Shown here in pieces: positions 35,711-49,045 of a DNA stretch of 64,000 nucleotides. The notes under the pieces are model-generated. The model did not search any database. It worked only from the letters and a program-made list of their open reading frames with translations, and was not told where the DNA came from. Source of the stretch: Zygnema circumcarinatum SAG 698-1b. Taxonomy: Eukaryota; Plantae; Zygnematophyceae. Where the stretch lies: positions 3,894,313 through 3,958,312 of the forward strand of contig CM074810.1 in the NCBI GenBank assembly GCA_037447605.1, given 5' to 3'. Each line of letters starts with the position of its first letter. The first letter of the stretch is position 1. The position numbers and the translations under genes are program-made.

Positions 35711-38700
35711 ATGGCCATGGCGGCCATGGCGGCTGCGGCGGCGCTCGGGGGTGGGAGCGGGGGCGGGGGCACTGCGCTGGAGGAGGCGACGCCGCGCGGG
35801 GGGCGGGACTACGTCTTCATCATCAACCCCGCCAGTGCGCCCGCCTGCCATGGCGCCCACTCTTTTATGGCTCTTCGGGTCATGAACTAGGCATTTCTCC
35901 ATAGCTGTGTGTCAAAAGCTAGCCGTATTTACATTGACGCATACTGTAATTATTTATCAATGCAATGTATTGTCTCTTACCTTAGAAACTTTGTTGTTGG
36001 TTTGTGCTGAGCAATGAGCCACGTTGTAAAGCTCGTTTTTTTTTTGTTTTACTGGAGAGGTTGATAGCGAAGGATGGCATGTTTACACGCTGTATTTTTC
36101 TGTTCAATATTTTTAGATTCTTTTGTCGACATATTTTCACATCTGGCATAAATCAATGCACGCTTCCGGATATTGAAAAAGTTGTCCTACTTCGCATCTG
36201 CGTATGTTGCTGTTGCGGTTATACCTCCCCCCGCACTCTCTCCCTCTCTCTCGTTCTCACTCGTTCTCTCTCCCTCGACAGGTGCGAATGGTCGGGCTGC
36301 ACGCCAGTGGAAAAAGATTGTTCCATTGCTGAAGAAGGCTCTGGGAAACGACTGCAATGTGAGATACTGTTATTTCCCCCTCGCCGATTGCTCGCTCTGG
36401 TTCGTCGTTGTTGTTGTTGTTGACCTTAAAAATCCTCTCTTTACATCCCTGTTTTCGTGATCTTTAGGGATTCCTACTGATGGGAAACCACCGTCAGTGT
36501 TTTGCTTTGGCTAAATTATCAACAGTGATCTTGAGTGCATTTGGAAAATAGAAAACCTGTGAAGCATACATTATATTCAAGACGCACCGTCAGCTTTCGG
36601 AGATGCGCAGGTGGTGGAGCAGTTCACTCGGCACGAAAAGGATGCAACGGAAATGGCGCGGAAGGTGAGCTTCGGTAATCGCACAATATGTGAACCCTAG
36701 CAAGTACCAAATGTTAGGATTGGGGAGTTCTCCAAACCAATTTTTGTTGTGAGCACTTTTGCAGAGATTCTGTTTCGATTTAGTGCTAAATACCTGCCAC
36801 TCTTACGAATGCTTGTTTGCACCCATAAGCATCTGAATTCACGCTCATGTTTTGTCAGTTAGAGATTTTTTAGCAATTGTTGAATTCTCCTGCTAGCAGC
36901 TATTGGTGTGGTTTTTACTTGTTGATGGGAAGCCTGCCTCATATTGCAGGCGGTGATGGACCGAGCGCATGCAGTTGTGGCGGTTGGAGGAGACGGGACC
37001 CTAAATCAGGTGCACTGAAGAGCTTGATTGAAGAAAAACATTTCCTGCTTTGTACCTTGAATTTGAGTTTGTATGAAGTTAGCATTGCCTTTGCTAGAGA
37101 GAGTGGCTTGCATGAGCATTGTAAGCCAGCTACACCATGAGAATCTAACGTTCTGGATTAGTTTGGGTTTCCTGCAGATTGTAAACGGCTTTTTTTTGGA
37201 TGGCGAGCCTGTGGCGCCTTCTGGGGGCGAAGGAGATGGTGTACGCACGGCCTGTGGGGTGAGCTTCTAGGAGGCCCGCCAAAAAAAAAAAAAAAAAAAA
37301 AAAAAATGGAGAATTTCCCAGTTCTGCTCTCTCATCCTCTTCGGTAATGCTTTCAAACATTGCCATGCAGTTATGCTGCGATTGTTTGCCTGTTATTACG
37401 TCTGAACGGTAGTGCTATGCAAAGTCTGATAAGGCAGTCCAGTGTCAGGCTACTGTGCGAGAGTGCATTCAGTATGCTAACATTCCCTTTTTTCTGGGGG
37501 CATTGTGGCAGCTCATTCCATTGGGGACCGGCTGCGACTTTCCTCGAACCTTCGGCTGGTGAGTACATTTGTTTGTTAGAGTCTGCGGTTTCAAAATCTT
37601 TTGGAATTTGGAAGCTAAAGGTGTTTTTGACTCTGGCAGAGAACAAACTTTGGCATGGATGTTTACTAACCTGAGTATGTTTATAGTCCAGTTTTCTATT
37701 TCTGTGGATAGAACCTTATGTTACTTTGCACTCCCAACCCCAGCTGTTTGCGCATGCCTCACTGGAAGATTGTGATGTCCCTTCCATGTTTTGCTCTGGA
37801 AATCAGCGGTGGCTTGTGAACTCTGATGTTGCCCATTCTTCAGGTGCTGGCCAGCATGCCAACAATGAGCAATGAGCAGAACATCCTCCGACGTGGACTG
37901 CCATGGTGTGCAGGAAGAGTAACGACATCAAGGGCGCTGTGGAACGCATCAGCAGAGGTCTGCTGCCTCACTCGAAAGCCAAACTCTCACGTTCGTGTTA
38001 CTGTAATCTGAGAATGCTGACGATTATTGCTGACTTTTGACAGCATCATAGGCCTAACCTGTGGTGTATCGATTTTACAAAGGTTATGGGAACTGCCGCA
38101 GGAACGGGGGGTGAGCAACCGTTCTTGTCGAGGTTTACAGTTCTTGAGCCGTTTTGGATGAACAGGTTGTATCCCTCTCTGGTCATGGAACTGCAGGAAA
38201 GACGAAGCGACTGGACGTGGGAAGGGCTCGTTGCGCTGGCCTGAATGCGGCTCGCATGTTTGTCAACGTACTGGACATGCACCTGTGAGCATCACACCAC
38301 CCAGACATAGGTTCCCTTACTTTTTCCTTCTAGCGTGGGGCGATAGGCATTGGGATGTGTGGTAGGAGACCAAGACCGGGCTTCTTCATGACAAGGGGAG
38401 CCGAATGTATGTCTACATAATTGCACGTCTCTGTAGTTACGAGTGGAGGACGATCTTTTGGAGTTTGCAGGAGTGCGCGCACTGGCCAGGTGGCCAGTAA
38501 GTTCAAATTCCTTGGTCCTCTGTGCTACGTCGTGGGCGCGGTGTTGGCGTTCCTGCAGCACGTCAACCGTGACGTCATTCTAAGGGTGCGCTGCCTGCTG
38601 CTCTGTTAGCGTTGGTTGCGGGCGAGCCCTCCGCCATGGCTGCCGTTGTGACAGCTCTTGTGGCTGCGCTGGGCTGCAGGTGGATGGGGAGCAGGGGGTC

Positions 38701-39600
38701 CTTGTGAAGGCCATGTCAGCCCTTGTGGTCGCAAACGGTGCCTACTTTGGAGGTGGCATGAAAATTGCCCCTACTGCAGATCCCTTTTCCGGGAAACTGG
38801 ATGTGAGGTTCTACATGCCTAGCCGATTCTTGGGCATCATTTGAGGCAAAATCCCCTTTCAAGGAGTCATTTCCAAAAACAAGCCCCTTCTAACTAGAGC
38901 AAGCTAGAGTAGACGACAACTGGATCTGGAAGGGAAGGGTGAAGGGAAGGCGATTGATGAATGCCTCGATGTGGCGGACACCCTTCATTTTCAGTTTACA
39001 AAACTCGTATGCATGCAGTAGGCCCCCGCTTTGACTGCTTCATCGCATGCACCGATGCAGATAGTGACCCTCATCGGATTCAAACTCCTCGACTTCATCC
39101 TCAAGGGATGGCACCTTTTCGCGGGGAGCCATTATAACCTCAAGGGCGTAACTCACAGAAGGTTGGCTCCTTCTGCACTATCGTCCCGTCGGTCCTGCAA
39201 CTGGCAGGGGCCTCCATGGCCATGCATTCGCTTGCTCGAGAGCCTCTGGCCTGCACCATGGTCGTTGCGGGATGCATAGCAGGAGGTTTACAGCTCGGGA
39301 GAGGAAAGGGGGGTTGGGGCTGGGGGACCGAGTAGTGGTCTGAGGATGTGCAAGATTGCACATCCTCAGACCACTACTCGGTTCAGGGGAACATAACCAT
39401 GTCCGTCACATTCGGTTCCATGCCCTGCTCACGAGATCCATATTTGGCGATTGCTTTGCCGTGGCAGAGTGGCGAGGTTGGAGGTGGGAGACCCATCTAT
39501 GGGGCCATCCACGATAGAGGTGGAGGCCGATGGGGAGTTTTTGGGCCACTTGCCCCTGGCCGTGGACGTTCTGCCGGGGGCCGTCGACTTTCTGTGCTAG
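35711..39600 (+). CDS. LCBK2: Diacylglycerol-kinase-family (YegS-like) lipid kinase, similar to plant sphingoid long-chain base kinase 2
   Basis: 12 exons: 35711-35834, 36282-36358, 36611-36664, 36950-37009, 37178-37258, 37512-37558, 37914-37957, 38197-38284, 38471-38585, 38680-38802, 39061-39161, 39468-39600. Motifs FIINPASANG, VGGDGTL, IPLGTGCDF, NGAYFGGGMKIAP, EADGEFLG. Confidence 0.9.
39327..39382. repeat. Perfect 27-bp inverted repeat with 2-nt spacer in LCBK2 intron 11
   Basis: ACCGAGTAGTGGTCTGAGGATGTGCAA-GA-TTGCACATCCTCAGACCACTACTCGGT. Confidence 0.97.
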
Positions 39601-40296
39601 CCCACTGACAGTAGCGTTAGACTTAGGGAGTTTTTACTGTAAAGCTGGAGCCTAAGGGCGGAAGTTGGTAGATTTGTGACTTGTTGTTGGTTTGTTCAAC
39701 TAGCAGCACCTATTGCTCTTATTGTTGGTGTTTGTGGAACACGGCTGTGGAGGCGTGGCTGATGATCTGGGCCGCAAGGACGAGTTGCTGCCAGTTTTCT
39801 AGTCGGTGGTAGCGGCACTCCTTTCTGCCCTCTGCGACGCGTGCAGAAAACAATAAATGAAAAGAACTAGTCGTTGTTTCGGTGCTTCTGTGTCTTGGGT
39901 GTATGGTTGTGGTCTTTTGCATGTGTCATTGGGTCTCTGCGACAATGCGTCTGTTTGTCTTTGGGTCTTTGTGTATGGCAGATCCGAGATGCACTGCCGC
40001 ACTGAAGAAATGCCGCACTGCCGCAGGCGTCCTTTCATTCCTTTGGCGATGGACGCCCTGCTCAGTACGGCACTGTGTGCGCACGTCACGTCACGACTGC
40101 ATCCCGTTCGCGTTCAATCTGACTCGCCGCGCGCTATGGCCGTGGCCGTGGCCGGCTTCCCTTGCTCTCGACCGGCACGGCTTGCGCCCGGCCATAACCC
40201 ACCCGCCTTCCTTCGCAGACCTTCCTCCGCGAGTGTCTCTCAGTCCCTGGCTTCCTTGTTTTCATGCCGATTGTAGTTCGGACTGCTTCTACTAAC

Positions 40297-40461
40297 GGAA
40301 ACTTTCATTGAACTCGCGATGGTGAGGCCATCAAATGTACATGGACAAAAGCAAAATGTGGAACCACGAAGGACTGGTCACAAAGGACCGAAACACAATA
40401 ACACGAAGCTAGGAGCGGAAAACTACGCCTAGGCACAACAACGCAGCCCTAGAAGCAGCCG
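40297..40461 (+). repeat. Dispersed ~160-bp non-coding element, copy 2
   Basis: See copy 1; differs by scattered substitutions and small indels. Confidence 0.9.
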
Positions 40462-40690
40462 CGAAGGTCACCGATGTGAGGCACATCGCGAGCAGGGAGC
40501 GGCGGAAGTCCACCAACACGATCACCAACAACCGCAGCACGCCGAAGAAGCGTAGAAGCGAGGCAACGCTGAAGGGCGACGGAAATGCGCTGTCGATAAA
40601 AGGTAGCCAAGATCGCCGGAGGAGGGCGATTCCTTCTACTGCTTTAGTTTTCACTCCGTTTAGTTTCATGGACCTCCTTTGGTTCAATGC

Positions 40691-40960
40691 AGTCAGTCAG
40701 TCAATCAGCCAGTCAATCAATCAGTCAGTCAATCAGTAAGCCAGTCAGTCAGTCAGTCTGGTCCAGCTCGCTCAGTACCGCGTTGTGGTTCCTTTCTGCT
40801 CGCGCCCTCTCCCTACTCCCTAGCACCCACCGACCCCTGCTGCTGCTACTGCCGCCGCCGCCACCGCCGCCGCCAGTCTGTCTGTCTGTCTGTCTGTCTA
40901 TTTGTTTTTCTGTCTGTCCATCGGTCGGTCTGTCTGTCCGTCCGTCCGTTCGTCCGTCCG
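40691..40960. repeat. Microsatellite cluster: (CAGT/CAAT)n, (CTGT)n, (CCGT)n
   Basis: Read directly, upstream of the TIGR01589 gene. Confidence 0.85.
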
Positions 40961-41084
40961 AGCGAGAGGGCTGTCTGCGCCCGCCCGCCCTCGCCGGCCG
41001 CCGCGTGGCGCCGTACAGCGCAGTCGACCGTACGAGGGCGTTATCTGCGTGGGATATTTGCACGTACGGAGTGTGCCGTATATA

Positions 41085-41101
41085 TGTACGGTTTCGTACA
41101 G
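41085..41101 (+). promoter_or_regulatory. TGTACGGTTTCGTACAG double-GTAC motif
   Basis: Ends 101 nt before ATG 41202; several other CGTAC cores lie at 41010-41070. Confidence 0.55.
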
Positions 41102-41201
41102 TCGGGCGGTCCCTCCCTCTCCTAGTCGCCCTCGCGCTCGCCCGAGGGAAGGAAGGAGGCTTCTCAGCACGCGAGCTCGCACGTGCGCAGATCCCCCGGC
41201 C

Positions 41202-43925
41202 ATGGCGCAGGCACACAAGGCGGGCCCGCAGGTCGCACTGCCGCAGGGGAAAGCGGGCACCTCTTCGGGCGTGCCGGAGGGGCCGGAGAAAGGGAGGAAT
41301 GGGACTTCTCCCACGCCTCCCCGGCAGGTGAGCACCTTGGAGGAACCCTAAACACTTAGACAAGATATTACAAACCGAAGCTCTTCTTGCTGGAATCACA
41401 TCAGCAATGCCATAATTTCAGCATCTCTGTGGTATCCTTCTTCCGCATGCGTTCAGGGAGTTGTGAGGAGCTTCAGGCCGCTACGGGAAACGAAAAATCT
41501 CTTAATTTTTTTTTGAAAATGAATTGCTATCACTGGTTGCCTTCCATCACGCCGTGTGCATCCACATCTGCGTGCGCTAGAAGGTTATGTATCACTATCG
41601 CATGAGCTAGGCTACCGTTGCTCGAACGGTAGCCTTGGAAACGTTCAAAGCATGGGTAAACCAAGATATGAATTCTCAATGCTGGAGAAGACTTTCGCAA
41701 CAGGCTGCTCAGGCTGTCTCTTACTGCAAGCGGCGTGGGGGAGGGCATGCGTGGACTGCGTGGATGTGTGCGTCAGGCGGCAAGCTCCGGCGCGGGGTCA
41801 AGCGGGGGGCAACGGTCGGGGTCCATGGGCGCATCTCAGGGCCTCTCGGCAGCGCCAACCGGGAAGCAATCTTCAGCTGCGATGTCGCCAGCTAACGCCG
41901 CATCACCGCCATCAACGACTGCAGGGAGCCCTCCGGCGGGAGGCACAGGGGCGGCTGGAGCCTCGAGTCCGACAGCCTCAGCTCCGGCCAGCAGCGCAGC
42001 AGCTCCTGGAGAGAGTCGGAAGATTTCGTGTGAAGATATACAATTGGTAGGTTCCGAAACGCTCCTATGGAAAGCATAGAGCTTCCGTAATATGTCGCAG
42101 CTGGACTAGGTCACCGGTATTTGTAGTTTATCCAACTGTCTCCATTTTCGGTTGTTTCTTTTTTTAGGTTTTTTATCTGATATGCGCAAGGTTGTAATCG
42201 GGTGGGAAAAGACAAGCGCCTGTATTTTGTGAAACTTGAGCGCTCTGATGCATTGTGTACAGTGGCAATAAGCCCGGCCGAATGATTGAGGTTTCATAAT
42301 CCTCCCTATAGTGCTAACGTCACTTCGGAGGACGTTGACCACACTCTCCTTTTGTCCTCTGAAGCATGGCATCTAAATCTAAAAAAAATTGGTGAAACGA
42401 AAAGGACTATCCCAGATATTTACGCAGAGTTCGTGTAGTGCTGCTTTCAGCCGCTAATGTTGTTGCGGAGAGGAGGGGAGTGCATCTGTCAACAGGTGCA
42501 AAATCTGATTGAGCGGTGTCTCCAGCTGTACATGAACCAGCGTGAGGTTATGACCACACTGCAGCAGCAGGCACGCATAGAGCCCGGCTTCACAGGCCTT
42601 GGTAGGCTGTTTTCTTCCCAATCGTGTGGCTTGTTTAAGGTGAACTCTTGTTTAAGATAGGCCCGGGTCTTGGAGCTTAAGTTTGTGCAACGGTATCTCG
42701 TTTGGGTCATTTTTGCTGTTGCCTTTTGCCTTCTTTGTCTTTGTTCTCTGGAAGTGCTTTGCCTTCTGCTAGTGATGTATGCTCGCCGTTTTGCATTGCA
42801 GTTTGGCAAAAGCTGGAGGAGCAAAACCCCGAATTCTTCAGAGCATACTACACACGCTTAAAAGTGAAGGAACAGATGCTGCAGTTCAACCACTTACTGG
42901 AACAGCATTCCCAGCTCTTGCAGAAGCTCCGCATGGCTCCACCTCCGGGCGGAGGGTCGCAGAAGATGATGGCGCCGGCCCCCGGCCTGCCCTCTGCCAT
43001 GCCTCCACCCGTCCATGGGGCCCCGCTCGGCTACCCCATCCACCGCCCTGCAGGACTCGGCTGCCCGCCCATGCCCGCCCATGGGGGCATGGGCCGTCAC
43101 GCGGGGGGCATGACCATGCCTCCCCCACATGGGCCCATGCCATCTCCATATGCGCCGCATGGAGGAGGTAGAACACGGCCGTAAGTACACTTCACAGCTT
43201 CACATTTCATGCGAAATTGAGTTTGGAAGGAGTATGAGATGTACATTGTAGTACATGGAGCTATTCTGGGTTTGTGAATCATACAATTGGGATGGAGGCA
43301 AGTAGGAAATGAGTTCACGAAGGTAGAGCAAGGAGCTTAGTGATCTGGAAACTACGCCTCGGGAACTTAATCCACGGTTTTCCTGCAATTCTCCAAGTAA
43401 CTTCCCTCCTTATGATGTTGCTCGGCATCGCAGTGGGCTTATGGACATGCCTGCGATCGGGGTGCCTTCCACTGGGCTTCCTGCCCACTCTCTTCCGCCG
43501 CACTCCCACCCCTCCGCCAACGTCCATGGCAGCCCATCAGAGAACGGCCACCACATGGGCGGAGAAGCCGCGGGCATGGACGGCGGCGCAGACGAGGCGG
43601 GCAGCAGGGGGGGCGGCGGAGGGTCGGGCGGGGAGCTGGGGGGGGGCGGCAGCGCCTTCCCCTTTGCGAATACGGAGCTCGGGCTCGGACTGGGCCTGGG
43701 CCTGCCCTTGGCGCTGGAGGGGCCCCCCTTTGGCGGGGGAGGGGGGGGCGCCATGGGGGGCCTCGGCCATGAGGCGGACGTGGGCCTCCCCCCGGCAGCT
43801 TCCCGGGAGAGTCTGGGCGGGCTCGGGCAGCTTCCACGCAACTTCAGTCTGTCTGATCTCGCGGCGGAGTTTCCGTCAGGGATTGCCTCTGATGGTGGGC
43901 CGCATGCCATTCTCATTGACCTTGT

Positions 43926-43959
<34 letters not shown>

Positions 43960-44623
43960 TAGGAGATCGCAGGAAGAGCAGAATGGAGGGTTAGCGGATG
44001 AAAGAAACGGCATACTCATATTGTGATGGGTTTCGGTTTGTTGGTTTTTCAAATGTGAAGGGTGAATCTGTTAGTTGGTGCTTGAATCACCATAGTTGAG
44101 ATCTGATAACATGCCCCACACATTCTATTTTCTTGAGAAACGAAAGCTTTTTTAGTGTTAATCTGATAGCTACAGAATTCATCGAAAAACCTGTCATCGC
44201 GCATTCATCTTCTTGATTCGATGATTGGAATGAGCCTGCTTTCGTACCTCTCGCGCATCTCGTCGTTTTGTTGCATCCATATATCTCAAACTGTTGAAGG
44301 GCGTAGTGAGACCTCTGCGGCGATGAGCCTGCCATTGAAAGTGACTGGTGTGTGGGCGGTGCAGGGGGCATGATGAGCGCATTAGGGAGCTCCCCGCCGT
44401 ACATCCCCGGGTACACTGAGGCTTATCTGCGATCTCCAGACAAGGATGGTACGCTGACTTCTGCACTTCTCAGTTGTGGGCTTCATAGCAGGTTGCTGCT
44501 TGGACTTCGTGAAGTCTCTCAAGCTGAGTGAAGGGAGCTAAAGGGAGAACCTGGTGTTGACTTGCAGAGGACGAAAAGCTGCTGGATCCCATGAACGAGA
44601 TTGATTTCAGTGACCTTAAATGA
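41202..44623 (+). CDS. Plant-specific TIGR01589 (A_thal_3526) domain protein
   Basis: Exons 41202-41327, 41777-42046, 42496-42601, 42802-43180, 43434-43894, 44365-44448, 44568-44623; phase-consistent. Motifs RKISCEDIQLVQNLIERCLQLYMNQREV, EPGFTGLVWQKLEEQNPEFFRAYYTRLKVKEQ, GQLPRNFSLSDL. The last two exons are inferred from phase and are less certain. Confidence 0.88.
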
Positions 44624-45038
44624 AGATGTTGGGCGTCTGGAAATACTCTGCCGACCTCCCAATGCGTGCCAACTGTTGGTGCCCTCCTTTGCGGCTGCAG
44701 AGCCCTTGAGCCCTTGCCTTTCGGAAGCCCTCAATCGGCAAGGCAGCAGCTTCGTTAAGCCGTCCCTGCCTCCTAGCCCCGGGCTGCTGCTGGAGGACGG
44801 GAACGTGGGAAGATAAGAGTCGGGGCTACAAGCGGCAAGAGCTACGGGCGAGGATGAGGGTCTGGCCCTTGCAGGCGCTATTCGGCTGCTTGCCGAGGCG
44901 GGGCATTGGAGGCAGGTCGTCTCCATGGTCGCAGCCGCTGCTGCTCAGCACAGAGCGAGCGCACGCCCTTCTGCCCTCACTTTCCAAGGCGGCACCTCAG
45001 CCCCGCGGGCGGGCGAGGGGAGTGGCAACAAAGGACGG

Positions 45039-45138
45039 NNNNNNNNNNNNNNNNNNNNNNNNNNNNNNNNNNNNNNNNNNNNNNNNNNNNNNNNNNNNNN
45101 NNNNNNNNNNNNNNNNNNNNNNNNNNNNNNNNNNNNNN
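45039..45138. other. Scaffold gap (100 N, true size unknown)
   Basis: Run of n. Confidence 0.99.
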
Positions 45139-45375
45139 AAAGGGCCACAAGGGCCACAAAGAGGCCACAAGAGGCCACAAGGGCCACAAAGAGGCCACAA
45201 GGGCCTGAGGCCACAAGGGCCTGAGGCCACAAAGAGGCCACAAGGCCTAAAGAGGCCACAAAGAGGCCACAAGGGCCTGAGGCCACAAGGGCCTGAGGCC
45301 ACAAGGGCCTGAGGCCACAAGAGGCCACAAGGGCCTGAGGCCACAAGAGGCCACAAGGGCCACAAAGAGGCCACA
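45139..45375. repeat. Minisatellite of variant units ending in GGCCAC (AAGGGCCAC, AAGAGGCCAC, AAAGAGGCCAC, AAGGGCCTGAGGCCAC) abutting the gap
   Basis: Read directly; about 20 units. Confidence 0.92.
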
Positions 45376-45682
45376 AAGGACCAAGTATGGTTAACCGTCT
45401 GATTAGGACTGTATTATTTAACTGTTTTTAAGGTGATTGGCTGGGAAAGCAAATCTGAAATGGAGGGAAGGTGTGTCTCATCCAGCACAGAGGCAGCTTT
45501 GTTCAAATGCAAGGGGAAAGAAATGTGTCCACGCATTTAAACTGATAATTCTATCTCAAACAATTGACCACAAAATACTCTCATTCGTTCATTGTCAGCT
45601 AGTTTACAAAATACATACAATCGCGTGTTCTTAGAACCACTATACATGCAGCCCCACAGAATAGTTACATTGACGTTGCTGC

Positions 45683-47848
45683 TCACGAGACCGACATGAG
45701 GTGAGCCAAAGCCCGTTCTCTATCGTTGTCATACATGGCCAGTGCGGTTGTGATCGCATCCGAGGGGAAGCCCATCTCCTGGAGCAAGTCGTATGAAGAA
45801 CAGAACTCCACTACCTGAAAGACAAAGATGACATCCTTGTCTCAGCACAATCAAAACTTCCCTCACGTGGAGGAGTTCCAAAAAGCACTCATTCCTTCCT
45901 TGCTGAACCGTCGCAATGAACTGAACGGAAGCTCGACTCCAATACCTTTGGCTGCACATCGCCGTAGGTCGCCACCGCCGTGGCCACCGCATCACGCTGC
46001 ATGCCCATTTTGGTGTACTTTGCGACTACTGAATCCTCTGCGGAATGTGGAAAGCCTTCCTGAGCAACACATACTGCGGCCTTTGTCAATATTTTAAGCA
46101 CTTCAAGGCTTAATCCCACACAAAACAGCAAACGAACTCCTCCAATGGAAATGGTGTGCTTTTAAAGACCGTTGACGGGCAATCATTAGCGTCAAGGTTA
46201 TCATACCGCTGCATCTGTCAGATATGTTGAGGGCTCGCCCCTCCTGAGAGCACTTTGGCTCGCCATCTCCCAGTTTTGCTCGTCAGCTTCTTCCAAGATT
46301 TTACGCTCCAAATCAAAGTCAAACTGAAAATTGGTGTGAGGTATCTCACCATTTTGAGGTGATAATTGTACCTGCATGTACCCATGAAAAATAGATTAAA
46401 TGCTTACAAGACGCAGGTCTGCTTCTTCTGCCCAAACGAGCTCTAAAGAAGACTGGAAGAAGAATCTGCTTAAGGGTTTTAGGGGTTTTTAGATATTAGG
46501 TTCAGCAGAAGCAGCTTCCCAGCAGGTAAACGGATTCGGGAGCCATCACTGTCGGGTTTTGTGGAAAGTCACATTGGACTTTGGACAACGAGTGAAATTG
46601 ATTCAACCCATGGCGGTGCCATCACAGTGCAGGAGGGGGAATGCAATACAAGACCAAACTCGTCAAACCAGCTATACCAAAAGCGAAACAATGGTAACAT
46701 AGAAATATGGCATTCCATAACATAATACACAAAAACGGCTGAAATTGTTTTGAATGTGACGTTAACCAAAGTATCAGTGTTTTTAGACATAGACAGGCAG
46801 AAACAAAAAAAACGCCATGTCTGTTCAGTGGAGGTACATAGCAAATCTGTCTGATTTTCGACCGTGTTCTGCTCAACATGGCCAAAAAAACAACTGCAGG
46901 ACAGACCTCGACCTTGTATCGACCTGGATGGCAAACAGAGCACGACGAGGCATAAGGAATGCATCTTCATCAGATTGAGGGACCTGTCATGAAGGAGCAC
47001 TACGACCTGATCAAAGTCATGAAGGAACTCCTCGGGAAATGGATAAACAACAATCGAGTACAATCGCAAACAAATAACTCTTTGAGGCAACCTAAGGCTG
47101 CAACGATTCCAAAACCCAGAAAAGCAAAACAGGATAATAAAATGAGCATCATCCAAGGAAAATAGACATGAAAGGAATACTCACTGGGGGGGCAATGCGA
47201 TAGGAAGGCCGAATTCTAACTCTTATCCCCACAGGCCCACCTGTCAATGCCTCACTCCAAGATATGAAAGGCCCACATAGCCTTTAGTCCCGCATCAACT
47301 TTTGCGTTGTTTGGACAGCCTTTACAAGGTTAGCACTATTCATTCTGGAAATTGATAAAGCCCAGCTTCCTTTTGACATGCAAAACAGGCCATGTGACAA
47401 CCATTCTCGTGACTTAGGCTGACAAAGAAGGTAACCCTCTGATATGCAACCTCAGTACTTCCATGATTCCCCATGCCAGCCCACCCATCTGCTAAGGAAA
47501 GATCTAACACTAGGACGGTAAAAGAGAAAGGAAAGATGGTATCTGGGCAAATGTTTTCAGGGTTTTCCAGCATCTGCAACTTCATCAGCTTTGCTCGCAA
47601 CGAGATTTCAGAGGCTTAGAATTCCTAGAGCTTCCAGGGGCCGGTGGATAGCAATACATACCATGTGAAGCCGGAGCAGGAGCAGAAAGAGGTGCGGGAG
47701 GGCGCAAGGGCCCCCTCACGGGCTGTGCCACCTGAGGGTACATGCCCGTGGCGGAGGGCGCAGAGGAATAGCCTCCTCCTGCGGGCTGCGCGCCCACCTG
47801 TGGGTATTCCACCCTTTGAGTGCCATCTCGCCTCCAATACTCCGCCAT
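45683..47848 (-). CDS. UBA-domain protein of the plant 'ubiquitin-associated/EF1B-like' family (UBAP1-like layout)
   Basis: Exons 47848-47662, 47240-47185, 46371-46207, 46059-45946, 45814-45683. Motifs GIRVRIRPSYRIAPP, FQFDFDLERKILEEA, VVAKYTKMGMQRDAV, LQEMGFPSDAITTALAMYDNDRERALAHL. Confidence 0.88.
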
Positions 47849-49045
47849 CCAAGCAGGGAGGCGGAACGCCCTACTGCCACCGAAACGCTGTCGAGTCAAT
47901 TCACGACTTCCAAGGTTGAAGTGTACCAGTATTCAGCCGTGCTGGACGAAGAACTGCAGACATAGAACGTCTCAGCAAAGGCTGGAAAAACTTGGTCATG
48001 GCGCTGACAGCAGCAGAATGCGATGCCTCCATAGCGTGATCCAAGTAGAAATCATGCGTCCTTGGTGTACAGGACGAGGAGTGCATGAACGGAGGTAGAA
48101 CGAAAGGGGCGAAAGAGGGAGCTGGCGAAGGAGCTAGATAGAGAGAGCGCGAGGAAGAAATGCAAGAGAAATGAACAGATAGCTGCTGGCAAGAAATAAC
48201 GGTCGAACAGTTTCTAAATGATCAGGGACGAGAATAAAGATGGGCTACAGATTGTGAAGGGCCAGTAGAGAAGGAATTACAAACTGCGATGCGGAAGGGA
48301 GGTAAACGAAAAGGAAAAAAATCATGAAAAGTAGAATCCTCGAGCAGAAAATGGGAGAAACGAAGACGAGAGAAACAGCCTACCTTGGATTCCCCTTGGC
48401 GCCTTGTCCCCTGCGAGCGGCAGCCGCAGCGAGAAGAAATACAGATTCCACAAACCTGCAAACCCAACATACACTACGGTAATCCTGAAAAGCTTCTGAA
48501 AGTCATAACCCTCGGCCGAAGGGTACAAGTACTGCCAAGAACATACGGCAACCCACCGGAGTGCAGATCTTCGCAAAAATCCCTCCTAACGAGCGAACCG
48601 CGAGCAAGCGAGAGGCGAGGCGACGCGAGGCGGAACGATCGCCCTCCCCCCCCCCGGCCCCGGGCCGATCCACAGCGCACACTTTCGTGCCGGGCCGTGC
48701 CGTGCCGTGCCGTGTCGTTTTTATTGTTTCAGTCAGAACTTCGCTTTTGTATTTTAGGTCTTATGTGGGCTCTGTAAATTCTTTCTTGCGCACATCAACT
48801 GCAGGTTTTCCCTTTCTTGGCTCCGCCATTTCATAGGTTTCACGTATGCGCTGTTTGGGTGCAGCTTGCCGTTTGCCTGGACCTTCCATCCATGATGTAT
48901 TTATGTGCTGCACACTGTTCCCACATAGCTCATTTGCAACTTCCTTACCATATCTGATAAGTAGAGACATAGAATCAAAAGGGTTTTTGGATGTATGCAG
49001 GAAAGTGGCATGTGGCGACGTAGTGTAAACGACTGCATGTAATGG

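Noticed and set aside
41432-41441. GTATCCTT, a U12-type 5' splice-site-like sequence
   Set aside because: It lies inside a normal GT-AG intron, deviates from GTATCCTTT, and no matching U12 branch site or exon is needed.
44830-45038. Coding-like GC-rich frame (AIRLLAEAGHWRQVVSMV) faintly reminiscent of TRAPPC12
   Set aside because: An in-frame stop lies at 44814 with no start or upstream exon, it runs into the gap, and the similarity is too short to support.
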